From the IMG/VR virus record IMGVR_UViG_3300030376_000305, positions 1 to 37,020 of that record: DNA of 37,020 nucleotides; one strand, given 5' to 3'. The notes beneath the pieces were generated by a model. The model was not told the origin of the DNA. It searched no databases and saw nothing but the letters and a program-made list of their open reading frames with translations. The DNA comes from a virus. Taxonomy: Duplodnaviria > Caudoviricetes. Made by a program: the position numbers and the translations under genes. Shown one piece after another: positions 24,918-33,195 of the stretch; the stretch's first letter is position 1; every line of letters begins with the position of its first letter.

Positions 24918-26918
24918 CTATGCGATAGCTAAAAAGATGTATGTACCACCATCACCATTAAGTGTGCTAGTTGCACTTGATGTAAGCGTAAATCCGCTTG
25001 ACAATGGATCTATATAGTTTGTGCTTGTAACCTCGCCTTGTGTGTCATTAAAGATTAAATAAGGATCATTAGCCCCTGACAAAATGCCACGAGCAGAATC
25101 ATATACCATCCAATCATCAGCCGAATCTGTGCGTTTTATCAACACAAACCTAGCGCCAGCACTAAAGCCGCAGTCGATATTGTTTGTTGTCCCGGTTCCT
25201 GTATAACTGCCTACCTTTGAAATACCGCCTACCGTTGCAAACAAATAGGCTATAAAAGCTTTATTATTGTCATTGACTTGAGCAGCATCCCCCACCGTAA
25301 AAACACTGCTAGTAGGCGTTGTATTACTCCAGTACCCAGTATTTGTTTGTGGGGCGTTAGTAAGATTTAAAAAAATTGCTTTTGTATTCCCTAAAGCAGG
25401 CGTATAAACAGTCCAGTTATAAGCGCCGTTCCTCATTTTTACAATCATTAACTCTGGCACTACACCTAGATTATGAGCAACTGTTCTACCGGATGTAGCA
25501 TTTCCGGTATACGTTGCAATATCATAAAACCCTTTGGCTCGCCTTAAAAAATAACGAATGTAGTTTTTATCTGTTGCAGCAGGTGAAATATTAAAATGAC
25601 CACCCGCATAATCTACAGTTACGCCATTAGAATGATCTAAAAAAAATGCTCCAGCATTAGTGCCTTCTGCATCGTTGGAATTTGTTAAAAAATCGCCTCC
25701 ACCTGATTGGCCTCTTAGCCTATCTCCGAGTGACGTTGGGCTAGTGCTTCTTGGTCTATATATAACAGTATCTACATTAAAACCTGTAGAAATAAACGTA
25801 TCGGCCCCTTCTCCGGGTGATTGAGCTTGGAGCGTAAACAAATCAGTAGCCGCAAACTCTGATGCTGGCTTGTTGGGTCTTGCGATAGCCATGTAGACAT
25901 AAGTATTGCCGCTACCGTTCAGGCCAGTTGCCGCACTAGTCAGATGAAAACCTGTTGGTTCTGTTCGCCAGTGTGACGAATAACTTTCTTCTCCTGACGC
26001 GGTTTGTGCATACAAATATTTATGAGCTGTGCTGTCATCAGTATTGGCCATTCCACGCATAGCGTCAGCTAAATACCAATCATGGCTACTGCTCGCACTT
26101 TTAATTAATAAAAACTGCGGCTCAAAGCCTAAGTTAATAAATTGCCCAGTGCTTCCGTTCCCTGTGTAACTGCCACAATGAATAATAGCTTCATCAGAAT
26201 CTTCGCCAAACTCTTGTTCGTCGTGGGCAAATAAATAGGCTACATAAGTTCCACCAGATGCGTTAACTCCAGCGTCTGAGTCCCCCAAAAAAAACTGCGT
26301 TGATGTCGGCGTAGTAGGCCAAAAATCACTATCACCAGCGGCATTAGTAAGATTTAGCTTTAAGTTGTATGTTTTTCCACTGCCACTAACAGGGCTTCCC
26401 CTGTGATAAACAGACCAGTTCGCTGAGGAGTCTGTTTTTTTTATGATAATCATTCCCGGCACAGAGCCAAGGTTGTGGTTTATTGTACGAGAGGTTGTTC
26501 CATCGCCCGTGTAAGTAACGATGTCAAAAAACTTTTCTTGCTTAGCGAATGTCCATGAAACATAGTCACTTCCACTTGAGTTCCAATTACCAGCAGTTCC
26601 TATTGAGTACCCGTTATTATTAAATGCTGTTATTCCAGAGCTATCAGTGGCTTCAGCGTCAGTGGCATTACTTCTTATGTATTTTGATAAGCCCCTTGTT
26701 GAATCTACAAAATTATGAAAAGAGATATTATACGGAGCTGGGAAACCCCTATTTTTTGTCCAAACAAGACCACCTTTATCTGATAAGTCAACACCACTAA
26801 CAATGCTTCGTGCTGTTCCATCGCCTGTGTAAAGTTGAGTGGAAAACACATCATCAACGTAAACAGCACCACCAGCATTACCAGCGGCGGCTTGTAGTAA
26901 TTTAGTACCTACACTCAT
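24918..26918 (-). CDS. Tail fibre-associated/receptor-binding protein with repeated YTG(D/N)G domains
   Basis: Repeated YTGDG/YTGNG...HNLG..P..IIK..YVAYLFA modules typical of marine phage tail proteins. Confidence 0.75.
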   Translation of the reverse strand: MSVGTKLLQAAAGNAGGAVYVDDVFSTQLYTGDGTARSIVSGVDLSDKGGLVWTKNRGFPAPYNISFHNFVDSTRGLSKYIRSNATDAEATDSSGITAFNNNGYSIGTAGNWNSSGSDYVSWTFAKQEKFFDIVTYTGDGTTSRTINHNLGSVPGMIIIKKTDSSANWSVYHRGSPVSGSGKTYNLKLNLTNAAGDSDFWPTTPTSTQFFLGDSDAGVNASGGTYVAYLFAHDEQEFGEDSDEAIIHCGSYTGNGSTGQFINLGFEPQFLLIKSASSSHDWYLADAMRGMANTDDSTAHKYLYAQTASGEESYSSHWRTEPTGFHLTSAATGLNGSGNTYVYMAIARPNKPASEFAATDLFTLQAQSPGEGADTFISTGFNVDTVIYRPRSTSPTSLGDRLRGQSGGGDFLTNSNDAEGTNAGAFFLDHSNGVTVDYAGGHFNISPAATDKNYIRYFLRRAKGFYDIATYTGNATSGRTVAHNLGVVPELMIVKMRNGAYNWTVYTPALGNTKAIFLNLTNAPQTNTGYWSNTTPTSSVFTVGDAAQVNDNNKAFIAYLFATVGGISKVGSYTGTGTTNNIDCGFSAGARFVLIKRTDSADDWMVYDSARGILSGANDPYLIFNDTQGEVTSTNYIDPLSSGFTLTSSATSTLNGDGGTYIFLAIA

Positions 26919-29674
26919 GCCATTGCCTGCCCAGCAGTAAATCCGTAGTAGTTAGTGCCGCCGTCATAAGTAACAAAGACAAAAACATCTACATTGCCAG
27001 ATCCGGTGCTTAACGTAGGCGCTGTAGCAGCCGCCCAATCAACACTAGAAGGCCATGTAATAGTTCTGGCTGAAGAGTCTTGAATAACCTTTAACGTAAA
27101 CGCAGACACCCTTCCTGACGCCGCAGGATTGCTAAAGGTGTAGGTAACGTTTTCTGTCAGAGTATGCGTAAAGTTATCGCTGTCTCTTAGGTTAATACTT
27201 GCGGCATTAGAGCTAGAGGTAATAGCTGTAGAGTTCTGCTCAGTAACCGCAGGCTCTTTAGATAACTCAAGCATTAGTTTAGTCGCTGATACTGCAATAC
27301 CAGCCACTACAGCAGGTACATCTGGTTTTAATCCTAGCGAACCATCGCCCTGAACGTAGTACACCTGACCGGGAGTAAGGCTAGACTGTGCATCATCTAG
27401 CTCACCACTAATCTGAATAGTTGCTGTAGCACTGTTAGAGTAAGCACCGTTAGAAATACCAACGTAGTTCTCAGGTGTTAGATTAGTAGTGCTTTCACTT
27501 ACAGAAACTACAACAGCCTTGCCTTTGCTTGAGTCATCGTCATCGTGATAAGCGGCAACTAATTTCTTTTGATTGCTGTCATAGGCAATTCCATATTGTT
27601 CGCTACTCGTATGTTCAGCCGCTTTTACCGATGTACCAAACGAAATTGATGTGCCACTAACAGTTCCTACAAACACCTCAAGGTCTTCTGTAGAAGCCTC
27701 CATATATGCAAGCAAGACAGTATTTGCGTTACTGTCAAATGCCATTCTATGCAAGCTACTGTTATTTGTGCCTGAAACTTGTACTGCTGTTCCAAACGAA
27801 ATAGAAGTTCCAGAAACTGTTCCTACTATAGCTTCACTGTTAGAGTCTGTAGAGTCGTTGTACGCAATAACAACTTTATTGTTAGACGAGTCAAACGTAG
27901 CTCCAACTTTAGTAACACCATCAGTGCCACTAAATGTTACTGCTGTTCCAAAAGAAATAGAGGTGTCAGAAACAGTCCCTACAATAGCCTTGCCCTTGTT
28001 TGAGTCTCCACCGTCTTTGTAGGCAAAAACAACCTTGTTGTTAGATGAATCAAATGTGCCGCCAAATATATCAACTGTTCCTGCCTCAAACACGACTGCC
28101 GTTCCAAACGATATAGACGTTCCAGATACCGTCCCGACAATAGCTGTTGCTTGATCTGAGTTACCCCCGTCTCTGTAACCAATTACAATCTTGTTTGAAT
28201 TCGAATCAAAAACGGTTGCTGTATAGGCAACAGCGGCAGACTCAAACACAACAGCAGTGCCAAAAGATATAGACGTCCCAGAAACAGTGCCGACAATGGC
28301 TGTGCCATAGTTAGAATTACCACCGTCTCTGTAACCAATTACAACTTTATTTGAATTGGAGTCAAACGCTATAGATATATTGCTTGTGTTTCCAGCTTCA
28401 AATTCAACCGCAGTGCCAAACGATATGGACGTTCCAGACACCGTGCCTACTATAGCCTTACCTTTATTAGAATCGCCTCCGTCTTTATAAGCAATTACCA
28501 CTTTGTTATTGCTAGAGTCAAAAACAGCACTAATAGGGCCAGTTGTAGTTCCAGCCTCAAACTCAACTGCTGTCCCTGCTGTCGGCGGGTTCAGTGCTGA
28601 ATCTGACGTACCTACAGCGGTAACCGAACCGTCAGAGTTAATAATTACCGTGTCGCCATTTGACAACGCACCAGAAGCCGTAGCTGTAAATGAACCAGCA
28701 GATACGCTATCAAACGCTAACTTTCCACTACCGTCTGTTTTAAGGAACTGTCCAGCAGAACCATCAGCATTAGGAAGCTCTAGGCTATAAGTAGCTGATG
28801 CTGAGTGAGGTGGGCCTTTGAGTGTTACACCATGACTGTTTGATTCGCAGTTAAAACGGATTGCACCAGCATTAGTATTGCCGTATAGCTCTGTAAAATT
28901 AGTGCCACTAGGTGCAAGTCTTACATTATCTGGCACAGTAATGTTGCCTGTAAGCTGAGTAGCTGCAATAGCTAATGCTGCTTGGTGTGCCGTTACAGAT
29001 GACTCAGTAACAGACAGCGTAGGAATAACAGCTTCAACGTGGTCTTTTACAGCCGCATTAGTTGGTATCTGAGTGTCGCTATCTGCAAAGGTTTCGCCAG
29101 ATGTAGTTACTGCACTAGCTTCAAGATTAGAAAAAGCAACGCTAGTTAATACAGCCGCCCCACCAACCGTAGCTGATGTAGCCGCAAGCGTAGTAAAGGT
29201 TCCTGCCGCCGCTGTAGAACCACCAATAACAATGTTATCTGCTGTACCACCATCTAGGTTAGCAGTCGTAATTGTTCCAAGATTGCTAATGGTTGCACCG
29301 TTGAAGTTGACAGTGCCGCTAGCAGTAAGATTTGTAAATGTCCCTGCACCAGCAGACGATCCACCAATAGTAGCGCCATCTACCGTACCGCCGTTAATGT
29401 CGGCAGACGTAACAACAAGGTTTGTAAACGTACCAGCGGCGGCTGAAGAAGCGCCTATTACAGTTCCATCAATAGCCCCTGCGTTAATATCAACAGTAGG
29501 AATAGTAACTGTGCCGGTAAACGTTGGGCCTGCCGTATCAGACTTGGTCGCTATTGCAGTCGATATAGCATCAAATTCTGTTTCAAACTCTGAGCCACGA
29601 ACAACCTTATTGGTGTCTCCACCGGGAAGCGTATCCTTAGCGGCAAAGTCTGTTGTCTTTGTATAGTTAGCCAT
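26915..29674 (-). CDS. Tail fibre protein
   Basis: MANYTKTTDFAAKD N-terminal anchor, INGGTVDG repeats, 7 propeller-like repeats. Confidence 0.85.
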   Translation of the reverse strand: MANYTKTTDFAAKDTLPGGDTNKVVRGSEFETEFDAISTAIATKSDTAGPTFTGTVTIPTVDINAGAIDGTVIGASSAAAGTFTNLVVTSADINGGTVDGATIGGSSAGAGTFTNLTASGTVNFNGATISNLGTITTANLDGGTADNIVIGGSTAAAGTFTTLAATSATVGGAAVLTSVAFSNLEASAVTTSGETFADSDTQIPTNAAVKDHVEAVIPTLSVTESSVTAHQAALAIAATQLTGNITVPDNVRLAPSGTNFTELYGNTNAGAIRFNCESNSHGVTLKGPPHSASATYSLELPNADGSAGQFLKTDGSGKLAFDSVSAGSFTATASGALSNGDTVIINSDGSVTAVGTSDSALNPPTAGTAVEFEAGTTTGPISAVFDSSNNKVVIAYKDGGDSNKGKAIVGTVSGTSISFGTAVEFEAGNTSNISIAFDSNSNKVVIGYRDGGNSNYGTAIVGTVSGTSISFGTAVVFESAAVAYTATVFDSNSNKIVIGYRDGGNSDQATAIVGTVSGTSISFGTAVVFEAGTVDIFGGTFDSSNNKVVFAYKDGGDSNKGKAIVGTVSDTSISFGTAVTFSGTDGVTKVGATFDSSNNKVVIAYNDSTDSNSEAIVGTVSGTSISFGTAVQVSGTNNSSLHRMAFDSNANTVLLAYMEASTEDLEVFVGTVSGTSISFGTSVKAAEHTSSEQYGIAYDSNQKKLVAAYHDDDDSSKGKAVVVSVSESTTNLTPENYVGISNGAYSNSATATIQISGELDDAQSSLTPGQVYYVQGDGSLGLKPDVPAVVAGIAVSATKLMLELSKEPAVTEQNSTAITSSSNAASINLRDSDNFTHTLTENVTYTFSNPAASGRVSAFTLKVIQDSSARTITWPSSVDWAAATAPTLSTGSGNVDVFVFVTYDGGTNYYGFTAGQAMA
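27500..28576 (-). repeat. Seven in-frame repeats of about 52 aa (GTAVxF...FDSxxNKVVIAY.DGG.S..G.AIVGTVSGTSISF)
   Basis: Counted in the translation; boundaries approximate. Confidence 0.88.
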
Positions 29675-29690
29675 TGGTTATTCCTAGCAA

Positions 29691-29721
29691 GAAAAAGGAA
29701 AAGGGGGCCATTGCGACCCCC
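29691..29721 (-). terminator. Rho-independent terminator after major capsid gene
   Basis: GGGGGTC-GCAAT-GGCCCCC then TTTTCCTTTTTC. Confidence 0.85.
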
Positions 29722-29730
29722 GTAGTTCTA

Positions 29731-30708
29731 TTAGGCAGAAGGTACTGCCAAAACAAAACCAGCTTCAGGACGATACACCTGAACACCGTAGAGGGTGTCA
29801 GCAGTGTACAGAGTAGACAAGTACTCTTGCTTGTACTGAGTCTGAGAGCGGACAGCCAACTGCTCTGCCATTACAACTGCTTCAGCATGAAACAACAATG
29901 CTGCACGAGTGTCAACGCTTGATGCAGTGTTATCACCAGCAGCTTCGATAGTTCGGCAGTTAGCAGAAACGTAAACGTCTACGCCGTACAAGTTGCCGAT
30001 CAAGCCGTTGTTGACGGTTCCACCAGATACAAAGTCAGAAGACACGTATCGGTCAATGCCCATAATCGCATTGCGCGTAGCGGGCGGGATGATAAGGTTA
30101 CGACCTTCCATCGGTACGTTGTTGTCATCCATCTTCTGGATCATGTCACGGAAGAAAGCATCCGTAAACTCGTCACCAGCTACCAGAGTGTCATCAGTGT
30201 ACTGAGTGGTAGTGCCGTTATCATTAAAGAAACAGCCAGTGTGCTGATAGTCAGTAGCAGCAGGGCTAAATACAACAGCGCCGCCGTCACCAAAACCAGT
30301 ACCAGCCGCATGAAGGTCATTGTCAACTTGTACAGCCAGAGCGTAACCAGCATCTTCAGTGTAGAACTGACGCAGAGATGACAGTGCCTGTACCTCTACG
30401 ATGTCCTCAATCAAACGTGAGTACTCAAAGTGCCGGTTAATAGTAACCTGCAACTCTGACTCTGTGTTGGCAATGATTGTTACCGCAGTGTCAGCCGCCT
30501 TAGCGTTGGCATCACCACGAGTGGGCTTAGGAATGTGAATAACGTCACCCTTCTTTCCGGTCATAGCGAGACGCTTGACAAGGGGAGCCATCTTCAAGTT
30601 CTTTTGATAGGCAGCAATGATTTCGTCTGACCAAATTTCTGGTACAAAAGTTGCCGCTTCTGTTAGTGCAGTATTACCATTTGCACCGGGATAAGTTGCT
30701 GTAGCCAT
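29731..30708 (-). CDS. Major capsid protein
   Basis: FVPEIWS, GDVIHIP, G.IGNLYGVDVYVS, DTLYGV...RPE; follows scaffold. Confidence 0.92.
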   Translation of the reverse strand: MATATYPGANGNTALTEAATFVPEIWSDEIIAAYQKNLKMAPLVKRLAMTGKKGDVIHIPKPTRGDANAKAADTAVTIIANTESELQVTINRHFEYSRLIEDIVEVQALSSLRQFYTEDAGYALAVQVDNDLHAAGTGFGDGGAVVFSPAATDYQHTGCFFNDNGTTTQYTDDTLVAGDEFTDAFFRDMIQKMDDNNVPMEGRNLIIPPATRNAIMGIDRYVSSDFVSGGTVNNGLIGNLYGVDVYVSANCRTIEAAGDNTASSVDTRAALLFHAEAVVMAEQLAVRSQTQYKQEYLSTLYTADTLYGVQVYRPEAGFVLAVPSA

Positions 30709-30727
30709 GAGTTATCTCCTTAAAAGG

Positions 30728-31531
30728 CTATTTAACTCGACCCTCTGCGTACGCTTGTAAGATTTCGTCTGACAAAGCATTGTAACGCTCTGGGTCGTTT
30801 TTCATAAGTTTAATAATGTCAGCACGACGATAGACTTTCCTACGAGATCCTTCTGCTGTACCACGAGCGTTGCCTGTTGCTGCAGACTTTACGGAACTCT
30901 TACGGGCTGCTTTCTCAGCTTGAGCCGTCTGCTGAACCACTTGATTACGTTCTTTCCAAAGCGTAAAAAGTTCGTCGGCAGAATCATAATCGTAACCTTG
31001 GTCTGCTTCTACAAATAGCTTAGTCCTAACCTTTGATCCCTTAATCCACTCAGCAAATTTAGGGTCTTGCAGTATGTTATCCATTTCTGGATGATTAGCT
31101 TTAAGCTGTGCAAGAGTAGCCTGTTGTTTGTATTGTTGAGTGTAAGCCTCTGCTTCTTTAATTTTTGGGTGGTTATCTATTGCCCTGTTTACAGCATTTT
31201 GTGGATCTACAAAAAAATCTATTTCTTCGTCTGTTTGTTGCTGTTCTTGAGGTGCTGGTTGTGTGTTGAGTTCTGTCTGAATGTAGCTATCAACAACTTT
31301 ACGTAACTCACCTACTTCCGTACTCTGTTTGCCTGAAAACTTCTCAAGCTCTTGGTGCATCTGTACAAGTTCTTCGACAGACTTACCTTGGTACTTTTCT
31401 GGAACTTCAGGTTCTTGTATAGGTTGTTCCTCTTCTTGAGGAGTCTCTACTGTATCCTGTGTGTCGAGTTGGTCTGTTGTTTCTAGCTCCTCTTCTAAAC
31501 GCTCATCAATAATTGTCGCTCTTGACATCAC
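30728..31531 (-). CDS. Capsid scaffolding protein
   Basis: Acidic N-terminus, PEKYQGKS, EVGELRK, C-terminal AYAEGRVK. Confidence 0.85.
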   Translation of the reverse strand: MMSRATIIDERLEEELETTDQLDTQDTVETPQEEEQPIQEPEVPEKYQGKSVEELVQMHQELEKFSGKQSTEVGELRKVVDSYIQTELNTQPAPQEQQQTDEEIDFFVDPQNAVNRAIDNHPKIKEAEAYTQQYKQQATLAQLKANHPEMDNILQDPKFAEWIKGSKVRTKLFVEADQGYDYDSADELFTLWKERNQVVQQTAQAEKAARKSSVKSAATGNARGTAEGSRRKVYRRADIIKLMKNDPERYNALSDEILQAYAEGRVK

Positions 31532-31566
31532 TAAAGTTACCCCGCCTTTTTAGGTTATGGAGATTA

Positions 31567-31806
31567 TTATTGGGATTGACTTTTACAAGCTTCCCTTCCT
31601 CGTCGCCCAGCTTCTTCGTGTTCTCGTACCCACTTTATGTGTCTTCCGGGGAAGTCACCAGTAGAGCCGTCAAGTATGCACGGTGTTGCTGAAACGATTT
31701 TTGTAGCATTAGCACCACAACCGCACCTAGTGGTTGTAATGCTATCATCTACAAATTTTTCAAATATGTGTCCATTAGTACAACGAAAATCAAATACTTT
31801 AATCAT
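31567..31806 (-). CDS. FmdB-like zinc-ribbon protein
   Basis: FDFRCTNGH.FE...CGCG; start MIKVFDF at 31806 preferred. Confidence 0.75.
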   Translation of the reverse strand: MIKVFDFRCTNGHIFEKFVDDSITTTRCGCGANATKIVSATPCILDGSTGDFPGRHIKWVREHEEAGRRGREACKSQSQ

Positions 31807-32038
31807 TATTTGTGTTAAGCTCATCGTAATTAGTGTTTGTTGTAGCTTCTAAATTTAAAATATATGCTAAAACATTTATTTGTCCTTTACGCATATACAA
31901 ATCATTTTTATCTTTAGTAGCTTCAACACTGTTAATCACTAAAGCATTTTGTTTAAGTTCTTCAGTTAGTTGTTTCCAACCATCAGTAGAAAACAAGGTA
32001 AAATAGTTATCGTAGTACTGCTGTGTTTCTTGGTCCAT
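31799..32038 (-). CDS. Hypothetical head-module protein
   Basis: LF.TDGWKQL...RKGQ; GAGG RBS. Confidence 0.75.
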   Translation of the reverse strand: MDQETQQYYDNYFTLFSTDGWKQLTEELKQNALVINSVEATKDKNDLYMRKGQINVLAYILNLEATTNTNYDELNTNND

Positions 32039-32079
32039 TTGAGGCCCTCTAGGTTATCTCTATAGAACTATATGATATT

Positions 32080-32108
32080 ATTATACCATATTTTTATAAC
32101 TTTGTCAA
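32080..32108 (-). promoter_or_regulatory. Consensus sigma70 promoter for scaffold/capsid genes
   Basis: TTGACA-17 bp-TATAAT with TG extension. Confidence 0.88.
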
Positions 32109-32368
32109 GCTTTTCTAGTCTTTTTGGTAGTTTTTCTCCTTTTACCAGAAGCTGTCACAGCGTATTTAACACGTTTTGGCCCTGTTTTCTTAGCTTTAGC
32201 CGCGTCTTTTTCTGCTTTAGTCATCTTGGCGGCTACCGCTTTGGGTCTACAAGCTGGGTAAGGACGTTTAGACCCCTTGGCTTTTTTACGGCCACACTTC
32301 TTTCCGGTCTTTATGTCAACCCAATCTTCTTTGAACCATTTAGTCAAACCGCTTTTGGTCTTAGGCAT
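32105..32368 (-). CDS. Small basic protein (L.KWFKEDWVD...CGR...YPACRP)
   Basis: Start MPKTK at 32368 overlaps the upstream stop; Lys/Arg-rich. Confidence 0.8.
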   Translation of the reverse strand: MPKTKSGLTKWFKEDWVDIKTGKKCGRKKAKGSKRPYPACRPKAVAAKMTKAEKDAAKAKKTGPKRVKYAVTASGKRRKTTKKTRKA

Positions 32369-32540
32369 ACGTTCCACCACGTTTTTTATATGTCTTTACT
32401 AGCCATGCATTAGCGTATGCGCTAGGATAGACATCAAATTTACGTTTAGCTTCTGCTTTTACCCTAGAATAAAGAGCTTTATTTTTTACATTAGAAGGAA
32501 TACTGCTCTTTTTCTTTGCAGCTTTCTTTTTAGTAGCCAC
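32361..32540 (-). CDS. Small basic protein (59 aa; not in ORF track)
   Basis: GTG start; ATKKKAAKKK...ALYSRVKAEAKRKFDVYPSAYANAWLVKTYKKRGGTYA*. Confidence 0.8.
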   Translation of the reverse strand: MATKKKAAKKKSSIPSNVKNKALYSRVKAEAKRKFDVYPSAYANAWLVKTYKKRGGTYA

Positions 32541-32640
32541 TAGAAACCCTCATGGTTCTTTTCTTTTTAACTTTTTTCTTTTTCTTTTTTGCTGGGGGTC
32601 TACCTACTTTTTTTCCGTACGTTCCTTTTCCGCTGGGCAT
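32530..32640 (-). CDS. Tiny Lys-rich protein (36 aa; not in ORF track)
   Basis: MPSGKGTYGKKVGRPPAKKKKKKVKKKRTMRVSSGY*; AAGGAG RBS. Confidence 0.75.
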   Translation of the reverse strand: MPSGKGTYGKKVGRPPAKKKKKKVKKKRTMRVSSGY

Positions 32641-32803
32641 CAGCTTTCTCCTTAGCTTTTTTAGATAAATCTTTGTAATGAAATAATTTTACAGAAGTCT
32701 TGCCGTGGGTTTTGCCTGAATGAAGATCTCCATTAGGCATTTTGTGAGTTCCCCCTGAATGAAGAGTTCCATCACGTTTATAATGTTTCATTCCTTTAGC
32801 CAT
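32600..32803 (-). CDS. Small basic His-containing protein (HKMPNG motif)
   Basis: MAKGMKHYKRDGTLHSGGTHKMPNGDLHSGKTH...; start at 32803 preferred. Confidence 0.75.
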   Translation of the reverse strand: MAKGMKHYKRDGTLHSGGTHKMPNGDLHSGKTHGKTSVKLFHYKDLSKKAKEKADAQRKRNVRKKSR

Positions 32804-32807
32804 ATTA

Positions 32808-33074
32808 TCACCATTTTTTACAAGACCAATATCTAGCTGATAGTTTACTTGGAGGGTTTGTATCACATTTATGTCTAGCTCTAAAAGATTTACGACGAGC
32901 AGGTTGATCTTTTTTAATTGTCATTTTAGCATCGCCAAATCTAATAAGTTTTGTTTTGTCGCCCTCTTTAGCAACTACTACAAATTTTTTAGTTGGGTGG
33001 CTAGGAGTTCTTTTTGGCTTGTTATACCCGCTTACTCCCGCTCGTGTTAGCTTTGGGTCTTTTTTCTTGGGCAT
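32808..33074 (-). CDS. Small basic protein (IRFGD...ARRKSFRARHKC...SARYWSC)
   Basis: Recognisable widespread viral small-protein pattern; GGAGG RBS. Confidence 0.8.
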   Translation of the reverse strand: MPKKKDPKLTRAGVSGYNKPKRTPSHPTKKFVVVAKEGDKTKLIRFGDAKMTIKKDQPARRKSFRARHKCDTNPPSKLSARYWSCKKW

Positions 33075-33195
33075 TAACTTTCGCCTCCAAGCTGTCTAAT
33101 TGTGTTTGCAAACTGTTGATCTTGTCCTGCTGGTCCTTGAATGCCTCGTTGACTTGTTTGAGCAGGTTGTTGATTTCGGTTTGTGTCATTAGCAT
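33022..33195 (-). CDS. Overprinted coiled-coil protein (57 aa; not in ORF track)
   Basis: MLMTQTEINNLLKQVNEAFKDQQDKINSLQTQLDSLEAKVNAQEK...; AAGGG RBS; heptad pattern. Confidence 0.55.
   Translation of the reverse strand: MLMTQTEINNLLKQVNEAFKDQQDKINSLQTQLDSLEAKVNAQEKRPKANTSGSKRV

Noticed and set aside
27500-28576. Tail-fibre repeats as DGR template/variable repeats
   Set aside because: No reverse transcriptase; repeats are in-frame tandem units with synonymous divergence
29073-29666. 197-aa + strand ORF and similar antisense ORFs in the structural arm
   Set aside because: Stop-poor reverse frames of Ala/Gly/Thr-rich genes; no RBS or promoter support
24918-29674. Iron-binding HxH tail-fibre motifs (Ferrojan-horse type)
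   Set aside because: No HxH motif seen in either fibre translation
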